This document shows positions 53,901-64,000 of a stretch of 64,000 nt of DNA, one piece after another. The stretch is from a virus (taxonomy: Duplodnaviria > Caudoviricetes). The notes under the pieces were generated by a model. It had not been told where the DNA came from, searched no databases, and saw only the letters and a list, made by a program, of their open reading frames with translations. Position numbers and translations under genes: made by a program. Every line of letters begins with the position of its first letter. Positions within the stretch are counted from its first letter, which is position 1. The DNA is taken from the IMG/VR virus record IMGVR_UViG_3300020049_006862, positions 1 to 64,000 of that record. One strand, given 5' to 3'.

Positions 53901-56900
53901 GACTCATATTAGAACCGGAGAAGTTAACTTCGTCTCTGTGAAGAGGAGTACGTAGCTTAGTACTTGTAGCAAGATTGACTAACGTTTCCGTATTGATCTT
54001 AGGAGTAGCTTCAGATTTAAATAAAGATTCTTCTAACTGCTTAATCTTCTGGTCAATGTCAACGTAATCTTCTTCCGCCACTTGCTTGCCTTTTACTTCA
54101 CTACTTAATCTTTCCATCATGCGTTTGATGATAAGGTTAGTAGGAAGCTTAACAGGTCTGCCAGCAGCTTTAGTTTTAGCAAGATCAAGATAAAGATCTT
54201 CAGCTTCTACTGGAGTTCTAACTCTATTAAGAATAGCTAATACTTCAGGAACAATATCTGAAATCAAAGCTTCACGAAGAGCGCTCCAATAATGGCCATC
54301 TGCCGCATTATCAGCGAAGAGAGATATACCAGTAATGACTTTGTTACGTCTAGTCCTAATAGCTATGTTCGGAACATTATCGTTAGCTCTAGCAACAGCA
54401 TTAATAGCAACTTGAAGAGGTGACTTAGAATAAGAGACTTTGAAGTCCTCGTAGATGTTGCCATCTTTATCAACAATAACATAATGCTTAGCGCCACCTT
54501 CTCCACGGTGATCCATCTCCTCAGCAAAACCTTTGTTGTGCGCATAAATAGACTGCTTACCACCGCCTTCGAATCTTGGATTATCCTTTATAAATTCATC
54601 AGCTTCTTTAGCAGTGAATCTTACAGGACCAGGTTCTACATGGTAGATAACATTGAGCATCTCTTTAGGAATGATGCTTGCCAGCATAAAGGCTTGTCGT
54701 TCATCTAAATTAATACCAGCTTTTTTAGCGGCTTCTATTACTAAACCTACAGCAGGTGCTTGAGTAACGTTGCGCTTATCCCCTTCTTTTTCAATACCTA
54801 ATACCTTAGAATACTCTTTCATGAAGTCATTAAAGATAACAGTACCAAGCTTGATCGGAGTTTCTGGCTGAATAACATTCGTAAAGAAGTTTTCCAGCTT
54901 CAGAAAGATATCAGTAGCTTTAGATATGGTCTCGATATAAGGATGATCAGGGGTCATAACATCTGGTTCAAGCTGTACAAATACAGATCCAGAGCCTTTA
55001 CCACTACTAACAACCATATAAGGAATACCTACTCTAGGTTCGAAAGGTCTCTTACCCGAAGTGTTCATTACCCTGTCCACAGTACGCATATAATCTTTCT
55101 TACTCTTATTAGAGTATATGATCACACGAGAATACTTAGCCATATCAGCTTCTATATTATCTGAAAGCGGAAGGTCTAAGGATTTAGCAATACCTAAGAA
55201 AGTATCGTGTAAGCTGCGATTAACACCAGGTTCTAAGTAACTCTGATACTTAACACCAATGTTATTAGATTGAGACAACTGTAATTTCTTAACGACTTTA
55301 CTTTCAACCAAATGGTTCATTGCGAATCCGTTGTCAGTATCGTTGATAATAATATTTCGCGTATCAGTTACTGCATCTGGATTTGGTGATAGCTTTGAAA
55401 GTGTAGGAGAGTTAGCAATATCTTCTTCTCCAAGAATACCTACTGTTATCCACTTACGATTCTCTCCATCATATACAGGTCTTTGCTCGAATTCAGTATC
55501 GCTAAGCCAAACTGTTTCGTACATAGGAGCAATAACATAGTATTCGTGAGAGAATCCTTTATTATTTCTTGGAGATTTTACAGGTACTATCCAAGCTTCT
55601 GAACCAGGTTTTACTTGACCATTAAGATTAATTTTAAAAGAAGGATGGCGTAATTGAATACTTTCTTCTCCTTCTGGAGTATCTATCTTAGTAGGTTCCT
55701 GTATTTCTGGCTCTGTATTAGGCGATGGTGGTTCAACTATTTCTACAACCTCATCCTCCGTTTCATCTTCAGCCGTAGCTGTAGGAGTTGGGGGAGGAAC
55801 AATGACTTCACCTTGTGCATTAGCTGTAGGAACAGGGGTAGGAGCTGCTGCCGCAACAGTAATGCCAGCAAGTTCTTTCAAAGCAAATTTTAAAGACTCG
55901 CGCTCATCATTCCATATCCTTAAGTTATTAGCTGTGTCTTCTGTTAAATTTTCTTTAGCATTTGCTCCAACATCAGTGATAGATGTCTCTACTCTAAAGT
56001 CAGGATTAAATAAAACTACAGCTTCTTGTGCTCTGCCAATAGCAGTGTACATAGTAGAGTTGTAATCCATCTGTTCAGGAAATACTTTTCCGAAAGCGTT
56101 ACCTTTATCTTTTCTAAGAAGAATATAAACCTCTTGTGCTTGAGGAGCTTGTGCCTCATAGTGGGTTAAGATCTTCAAATTAGGATCAGAATACCTTGCT
56201 CTAAGAGCTGCAACTTCTTGCGGAGTATTTACTATTACCATCCTAGTTCTTGAACTAGGTTTAGAAAGAATAGTATCCAAAGCATTCAGGGGAGCAGAGA
56301 CAACGCCGAAAAATCCATCTGTAGTCGGCATTGCTACAAGTTCTTCAGCAGCATGGGAGGCTACAGTATTGATCCCAGGAACAACAGATTGCTTATCCTT
56401 AAATGATAAGGCAGCATTAGCAACAGAATTAACTGAAGTCCTATAAATAACTGATACAGACGAGGTATCTTTTGTTTCAGGATTGGAAAAGGAACCTAGC
56501 AAAAGAGTAATTTTAGCCTCGGCTGTTTGCTGTGAAGGATCACCAATAGCAAGAATTTTAATAGAAAGCTTTTTGGCTTTATTAATTTTATCGATTTTAT
56601 TCATAGCACCCAGCAATTCTTGGTTAGTGGGGGCCATAGCTTCATCGATAACAATTAAAGAATACCCGGCGACCTTATCATCATCCATAGCAAGGAACTC
56701 AGCAAGAGTCTTACCGTCTTCTTTAGATGTGTGCCTAGCTGCTCCTTCTGATCCTTCTTTATTATAAGCAACAGCAAGGACTTTCATATCTTTATTAAGC
56801 TTTGACATAGCTTGAACTACTAAAGAAGCCACTAAAGAAGTTTTACCTGATCCAAGTACTCCTTTAATAATAGTAGTTGCCTGAACAATATCTTCTTGAG

Positions 56901-59900
56901 AGGCGCTAGTTAAACTAATAAGAGCTTCAGTAATAGCAACTAATTGTTGAGCAGAGGGAATGATTTGAGCTTTTGCAATGTAAGCATCAATTACTTCAGT
57001 AAGAGCTGCAAAGCTTTCAGCTGTAATATTGGAAGCTCCAATCCTAGCAATATCATCAGCTGCTTGCAAAGTAACAAGATGATTAGCTACTTCTTTAAGA
57101 CGCTCTAATAGTTCTGGCGGAAAATTATCTGGATTTTGTTCTAAGTTGAAAATGAGTTTAGATAAACTTTTGTCTCTTTCGTACTCGAACAAGATGTTAC
57201 CATCGTTTGCAAAGTAATGTTCAGAACCGACAACAGATGCCCTTAGAATATAAGGTCCGTACTTCCTAGGATTGTTAAACACTTTAGCGGGTGGGGGGAA
57301 GTTGATCGGTTTTGCTTGAATAAGTTTAACAGTAGAATTCCTAGTATTAGCAACTAGAGTTGGAATATCGAATGCCCCCTTCTTAATAAGATGAATAAGT
57401 GTAAACAAATTCCCCATAAAAGAATACGGAAACTTGAGACGCAGTTCAGCTATAACACGTGATACCTCTTCGTTAGGACTGTTCTTAAGCATCTGGGTTA
57501 CTACACTCTCAAGCATCTGAGATTCCATAGTATGAGCTGTAATCTGAATAGCTCCTCTTTTGTTGAGGTTATTTTCAATATCAGCAAGGGCATTAGCCAT
57601 CCGTTCGCTATAATTCTCTACGAGATCGGAAATAATTTCTTTATCCCGATCATTCATGTCAGTCCTATTAGCTGTTACTCTTCCTACTCTATAAATACGA
57701 GCGGCAAGCATTTGAGCTTCTTCTTGGCGAATAGAAGTGTTAGGATCATGGTTTTCAAGAAACAACTGAACAGGAGCTAGATACTGTGTAGCAAAAAGTA
57801 GAGGAAGTTTGTCCGCATCAATAGCACCCGCAGCATCAGTAACAGTGGCATCATTCTTTACTCCTCGGCTAATAAGATCTTTAATAGTAGATTCTCTTTG
57901 AGACATCTCAAGAATCATTGCGTTAGTCTCATCAATAGCTTCTTGAATTCTATCTAAGTCAAAAACGACATTTTCTGGGTCAGCGGCGTCAAAGAAATTA
58001 TCTAGACCTAAACCTTCTGCCTCTTCAGCTAATCCGAACTCTGCAATATTTTCAACAGTAACTTGCGGATTAACAGTTAAGTTCGATCTGAATATGTTAA
58101 GGTCACTAATTTGACTTTTAAGTCGGTCAACTTCTTTTAAAGTATTCTTAGCTTCTTCAGCTAACCTTACTCTAATATTAGAATCAGCTTCAAAAGCTGG
58201 ATTTAAGTTTTGAAGCTCTTCATTAGATAGTTCCCCAAGCATAATATTACCATTAGTAGGATCTAGTGCTTGTTCTAACAAAGCGTTGTCTAATGCTGCT
58301 TGACCAACTATTCTACCAGTTTCTTTCAGAATGGATTTAGTAGATCTAACAACAGCAGATTCTCTCGCTTCATACGAAGGAAAGGAATTTGAGATAGCAC
58401 TTATACCTATTCCTAAGTCTGGAGGATAATTAATTTCAGACGTACCTTTAGTGGCGGCCTCTTCGAGTAAGAGATAATCTATATCTTTACGTCTAGACTC
58501 TTCCTCTATGGTTTTATCTGTTTTAGCATCTAACTTCAAACCTTCGTTTAGCAAAGAAAACGTAGGCATCATCTCTTTCTCAAAAGCTTTTTTGAAGGCC
58601 TCGTAATTCTTACCATCATCTATGCTACTTAAAAGTTCAGTAGCTTCTTGGCGAAGAAGATCAGCTTGCTCTCCTTGAACTCCTTCTAATGAAGCAAGTT
58701 TAGCTTTGGTATAGAATCTGTTTCTACGCAAGAAGGGAACAAATTTTTTAGACACTGCGTCATCGCTGATTTGATCTCTAGTCATACGAGAAGAGTCATC
58801 GTAGTAGTCTTCAATAAATTGATTTGCCAAATCCGGATTCTCTTTGATAAACCCTTCAATACCTAACTGCTTAGCAGTTTCGCCGTTAATAACCCCATCA
58901 TACTGTATCAAATCTTGAAGATCTTCTTTCGAAAGTCCTCTTGAGGCAAGTCTATGAATATGAGCCGCAAGCATCATTTTTTTGCTGAAGTCCGCGTGAA
59001 CAACGTCGCCTTTAGACATAGCAAGATAAAACTCGTTAACTAACTTATTATTAGTTAGTGTAGCAATAACTGCCTCATTTACTTTAGCTGGATCTCTTTC
59101 TAATTCGCCATTAGTATTTAAAAATTGAGGAGTTTTAGTACCGTCTGGTAAATCAGTAACACCAAAAGTTTTAAAGTCGTGGCCGAAGTCCTCAGTCATA
59201 AGATTCTTAGAAACTTCGTTCTGACCTTTAAGAGTATTCCACTGTTTTTCAAATTGATTGACATTAGTCTTGAGTTTCTCGTTATCCCAACGAGTTTTCA
59301 TCAGACCCATACCACCACCAATCATACCGCCAAGCATAATAGCAGAAGCCGCTTCATCTTCAGCGCTTCCAGCAGGTGCAGCATAGCCTCCTAAAGTGGT
59401 CATAGCTTTTACAAAGTTGGCTGCATTTTTTCCAGCCTGGACTAAAGGTCCACTTACTGAGCCGTATTCTTTAGCATTACCTGAAGCAACTCTTTTCTCC
59501 CAGCTTTGAACTGCGCTTTGAATATTTTCTTCCCAAAGACCTTCTGAAGCAATGCCCATCCCAAAATTCTTAAGATAGCTTTCTGCGTTTGCTTTGTAAA
59601 GTTCTGAAGCAGACTTACCTTCTCTACGTGTTTGATCCCTTAGGGTCTTAACTTGATCTTTAGAGGCCCCATGAAAAATCTTCGATTGAAGAAAGTTTGG
59701 AGCAGTAAGAGCAATTAAGTTCCAGTTGTAAACACGAGCTGCGCCTTCTCCAGCTTTCATCTTCAATTGTTCCTGAACCTCAGGCGGAGCAGAAGCAAAA
59801 GAATTAAATCCTGCTGTTTTAGCGTATTCTTCTTTTAAAGTGTCAAAAGCTTCTTTGCCTTCAGCGCCAGCTTCACTCATTGTGTTATAGACCGTAGTCA

Positions 59901-60528
59901 AAGCTGTCTGAGTATTTAGACCTGTAGCTGTATTTACTTTAGTAAGAACATCGGCTAACTTTTTACCTTGTCCCATACCGTTAAGTAACTTGGTAGCAGA
60001 CCCTACTTTAGCAGTCAATGTGGAAGGAACATAAGCAGAAGCTAAGAAAGCTAAGGCATCATACCCATCTCTAGCCCAAAACTCTGCAGTTCCTGCACGC
60101 TCTAAGAAGTTACCTTCAGCATATTGCCTAGAAATATGTACTGGAGCTGAATCTTTAATTCCTTGTTCTAAAGAATTAAAAGCATTCACTATCCCATTAT
60201 CTCAAATATCATTTACTTTTCCTGGACCCATTGCCCATAGAGCGCCGCCTACATAACCTAGACCGGCACCTACTTTTGGCAGTATAGAAAGGCCTGCAGA
60301 AAACAAGCCATTCACATGTTTCTTAAGAGCTGACTGTTGCTGTCCTCGATAGTACATTTGTTCTATCTCAGGACTTAACAATGAACCTTCGTAGACTGCG
60401 GAAGAGATTCCCTTATCATACTTTCCCAATTGTCTAAGCGGAGAGAATCCTGTGCGTTGGGCAGCTACATTAGTTGTGGGTCTAAGGCCAGATAAACCCT
60501 GGCCCGGACCTCCATTATTTTGTGTCAT
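41995..60528 (-). CDS. giant virion cargo protein (~6177 aa) containing crAss-type RNA polymerase, 5 TGA=Trp
   Basis: four track ORFs share one frame joined by TGA at 60202, 53488, 53383, 53317, 42871; GSDFDVD (48271-48291), HELTH, SF1-like P-loop and PD-(D/E)xK motifs. Confidence 0.85.
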
Positions 60529-60537
60529 ATTTTTTTA

Positions 60538-62430
60538 TTAGTTTGGTGTATACGGCGTGTAGTCATCGTACTCATCCGCATTTACATCTATTACTTTCTT
60601 ACCTGGCTGAGAAGCTCTGATGACTTCCGCAGCTCTTTCTCTCATTAATGTGTTCAATTGAGTATTAGCATTTACTCCTTCATGCGCTTCCAGTAAAACA
60701 GATTCGCCGTAAGGTAGTGGCTCCCTCTTCTCTATTTTCAATCCTGGATTTCTCGGATCTTCATTCATTAAAGATCTAATGATAAAAGGCTTTCCTTGAG
60801 CATCATACATTAACACTTCAGCAGGTTCTCCTGTTGTTAATGGAGAATGCAGTGTTTGAATGTCTTTCATCTGATCAGTCATTCTATCAGAAGTACCGAC
60901 ACTGACGTATTTCTTACCCCCAACTTCAAAGCTGTATCCAAGTTGTGGTCCTTGAGCAACGAGTCTTGATGGTCTGATTTCAGTAGCCGATTCTTGTACT
61001 GCTTTTTTCACTTTTGAAGAGGCAGAACCAACTAGTTGTCCTTTATCATTTACTTCAAAAATCTGAGTACCGCCACCTGCAAGTATTTGTCTCCAGTTAC
61101 CATTATTAGATTCAATAAATTGAGTTGGAAGATTTATATCAGTAGTATTCTGAGTTTCCATTTTCGAGCTCAGCTGTGTCCATTTATCGTACAAAGCTTT
61201 CTTACGTTCGCTATCTGTCTTATACTTATCAGAATTTTTAACTTCTCGGTTAAGTTGATCGTAATAATTTTTAAGAGCTGGATTCGTTGGCGCGTTGTTA
61301 GCAGAGTATTGGTCAAAATTAGAATCTCGTGCGTTCTTAGCATTAGCTCCAGTACCAATCATAAGTGGGCCCAATAAACCTGTAATAGGTCCACTAGCAG
61401 TCGAAAGCATACCAGCTGCTGTCATTGCATTAGCTCCTTTAGCTTCTGGATCTGGAAGCTTATGTTGTCCAAAGATAGTATTTTTAGAAAGGCCGGGTGA
61501 AGTATCCGGAATGAAATTAGACAAAGCGTTATCTTCTTCCTTAGCTTTCTTTCTGTAAGATTCTCTAAGATGAAGTAAGTACTCTGAATCATTCTTCATA
61601 TCATACTTAGTGGATACACTCTTGCGAGCAAAAGCATTGCCTAAAGTATTCCCATATTCATCTGCTATCGATTTTAGATCGTTGTCAGTCAAGTCTATAC
61701 CAATATGTTTATATTTCTGAAACATCATGTTTTGCCATTTGTCATCTTGCATAAGTTTGTCAGACACTACGCTTTTGACCAATGAATGAGGAATTTCTTC
61801 TGTCTTACTTCCACGAGTAACAAAGTATCTGCCATTAGTAGTTGTGATTTCTCCTTCACCAACAAAGGGTTTCAATTCTTTAGCGATATCTTCACCTGAC
61901 TTATAGGCATCTACATATTGAGCTACATCTTCCGGTACAAAGTTGTTATAAGAACCAGTTAGAGGATCTTTTGTACCAACTCCCTGATAATTTCCTAAGG
62001 TATACCCAGCTCAGTTTTGAAGCTGTGCTTGCTGTATCTCACCTTTTCTTAATCGCTCACGTTCGCGCCCAAGAGAATCGTCCCAGACCTTCTTATGTAA
62101 AGAAATTTGATATCCTTCTCCTCCAGGAGATAGATCTCTTTTGATTGTTCTTTTTAGATTGTTTAACTCTGGTAATATTTGAGAGTAGTCGCCATCATAC
62201 TTTGCGACTAAATCGTCTACTTTTGTTCTTCATCCTCCTACTTTTTCATCTGCTAATTTTCTATCTGCCTGTAAGGAGTCAATAGAAGTATCGTATATCT
62301 CGTCTGATGTTTCTCTTGAAACATCGAATCTTTTTTGACGAGATTGTAAAGCCATCATCAGCGGTTGTAAAGGAGTCTCTTCAAACTTAAACTCTACTGG
62401 TGCTGATTTATAAAACCTATTCCAACTCAT
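60538..62430 (-). CDS. probable virion cargo/ejection protein (630 aa), 2 TGA=Trp
   Basis: single frame across TGA at 62230 and 62011; Gly/Ala-rich hydrophobic patch; upstream of RNAP gene. Confidence 0.75.
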
Positions 62431-63016
62431 TTTCTACGTATCTAAATTTATAACCAGCGCAACTACGTGAATTATGACAAAGATGATTCCCCATTGCCCC
62501 TACGCTAACTCCAAACTCTTTGGCTACATGCATAGCAGGTACTTCTCAAATTTTTATCAAATTATTATCCATATCAAATTGAGCTAGAGGTCTGTAAAGT
62601 GGATGATTCTTTCCTCTATTTCTGTAATTAGGTTTTCTAAGCTTTTGTTTATATTCTTCAGTCTTTCGTATTCCTTTGGTAGCCGACGTTATAGCTTCCC
62701 CGCGCGGAGTTCAAATAACTTTGTCTCTAAGATTATATCCATTTGTAATCATGTCGTGCACATCTAAATAATCTTGCTCGTATTCAAGAGCTTCTCCTGA
62801 AGATGAACACTCTTTTATAGTAATAAATTCAAAAGCTTCCGGATCTTTATTATAAGCATTTTGTAGATAATTATTACAATGACGATTTCTACTTAAACGA
62901 TTAAAATGCTCCAAATATCTTCTAAATAAATTTGAAGTTGAGCCCACATACTCCTTTCCATTAGTATTATTCCTTAATACATATACTCCAGGAACTCTAT
63001 TAATATTACTGACCAT
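62417..63016 (-). mobile_element. free-standing GIY-YIG homing endonuclease with NUMOD-like C-terminus (199 aa), 2 TGA=Trp
   Basis: GVY..YVGS..R..H; QFDMDNNLIKI-W and AGYKFRY after TGA at 62711 and 62546. Confidence 0.85.
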
Positions 63017-64000
63017 TTCTCATGTATTTTGCTATATCTGGAAAGGCAGAAAGAATTAACTCTACGGCTTTCTTATTCTCATTTTGTGCTACTTTACCTC
63101 TTCCAACATTACCAAAACTAGTCAAAATATCCTGTATAGAATTATGATATGAGGCTTCATCCTGTTGACGAATCTGATCTGTTCCAAGCCTAGTAGCAAT
63201 GTTCTGTTGAGACCTTTGTCCTAACCTTTGCTCATAATTTACTTGAGCCTGTTGGTTCATATTAGCATACTGCGATAAGATATTAGAATTATTCTGATAG
63301 TTATTAGCAGCAGCTCCTTGCATATTGCCTAAGTAAGAACCTAAACCGGAAGCAGCTCCTTGAATGTCTGATCGAGCTTTGTTATATCCTAAAGCAGATT
63401 GTTGTAACTGATTAGAAGGATCATATCCTCTAAGAGTTACTGGTGCTGAGTTCTGATAAAGTTCTTGTTTGTCATACCCTCTCGCTAACAAACCAATTTT
63501 AGCAGCTAGCTCTCCATACTGGAGAAGTTCAGCTGCACCTACTTTTTGACCTAGTTGATTAGCACCAGGAGCATTAGGTTTCATTGCGGCATCAAGCGCA
63601 GGCACTTGTCCTCTAATGTTTTGAGGAGTTGTGCTTGTAACTGGTGGAATACCGGATCTACCTAAAGATCTAGGGTCCATACCTTGTGCTCTACGCTCAG
63701 CTCCACTAGGAATTGGTAAAGGCTCTGGATTAGCGTTAGTGTTTGTGTTCAACCATTCTCCCGGAACATACTTACCGTCACTAGAAGTTCCCATAAATTG
63801 TTCAGTAGCGTAATCGTTTCCGTATTTCTCCCAAGCCTTATGAGTTTCAGGACCATAGACATTATCCCACTGCTTACCCTTGAATCCAGCAAACTTCTGA
63901 AAATTTGCAACATTGAATCCATCCCAAGGGGCAGAGTATCCTTTGGCGTATGTACCGGAAGCTGGCGGTCTAGGATTGCTAGGGTTACTAAGATTTAGTA
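63006..64000 (-). CDS. probable virion cargo protein, 5'-truncated by window edge
   Basis: frame stays open upstream of track ATG 63794 toward the window edge; Q/N/G/A-rich C-terminus. Confidence 0.75.
   Translation of the reverse strand, partial: LNLSNPSNPRPPASGTYAKGYSAPWDGFNVANFQKFAGFKGKQWDNVYGPETHKAWEKYGNDYATEQFMGTSSDGKYVPGEWLNTNTNANPEPLPIPSGAERRAQGMDPRSLGRSGIPPVTSTTPQNIRGQVPALDAAMKPNAPGANQLGQKVGAAELLQYGELAAKIGLLARGYDKQELYQNSAPVTLRGYDPSNQLQQSALGYNKARSDIQGAASGLGSYLGNMQGAAANNYQNNSNILSQYANMNQQAQVNYEQRLGQRSQQNIATRLGTDQIRQQDEASYHNSIQDILTSFGNVGRGKVAQNENKKAVELILSAFPDIAKYMRNGQ

Noticed and set aside
20962-63016. Pseudogenisation or sequencing error as the cause of split genes
   Set aside because: All 30 interruptions are TGA, keep frame, include conserved-Trp positions and hit essential genes; no comparable TAA/TAG breaks were seen.
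20962-63016. TGA=Gly (code 25) or selenocysteine
   Set aside because: Motif contexts in DnaB, the Sak4-like ATPase, the resolvase and NUMOD1 call for an aromatic residue.
1-64000. Opal suppressor tRNA(UCA) or phage release factor
   Set aside because: None of the tRNA-like elements has a TCA anticodon and no release-factor-like ORF was recognised; it may lie outside the window.
1-64000. CRISPR array, integrase, transposase, reverse transcriptase/DGR, inteins
   Set aside because: No regularly spaced repeats or diagnostic motifs seen by eye; PolA, DnaB and primase are of normal length.

Overview
64 kb of a crAss-like (Crassvirales-type) phage, probably infecting Bacteroidota: start regions are A/T-rich and lack Shine-Dalgarno sites. 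From 1 to ~20.9 kb (+) are small early/accessory genes, including a MoxR-vWA pair, two GH73-like glucosaminidases, an AAA+ ATPase, a GATase-like protein and an amidoligase. These are interleaved with many structured intergenic RNAs and at least seven incomplete or rearranged tRNA-like elements. From ~21 to 41.9 kb (+) is the replication module: M15 peptidase, PolA, SF2 helicase, DnaB, Sak4-like ATPase, primase, Ung, T7 endo I-like resolvase and a PD-(D/E)xK exonuclease, plus a degenerate ATP-grasp/GATase/amidoligase cluster. From 42 to 64 kb (-) are virion cargo genes, including a single ~6177-aa ORF carrying the RNA polymerase DFDVD motif, and a GIY-YIG homing endonuclease. The supplied ORF track is fragmented because TGA is read as Trp: I count 30 in-frame TGAs in 16 genes, all beyond 20.9 kb. 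In all 13 recoded + strand genes the first Trp codon is the TGA one, while TGA still appears to end other genes, which suggests a translational gate rather than neutral reassignment. No UCA-anticodon suppressor tRNA or release factor is visible in this window. Other highlights are a canonical -1 frameshift signal joining a membrane protein to a multi-Zn-finger domain, and a circularly permuted tRNA-like RNA. All calls come from manual motif reading; no database searches were run.
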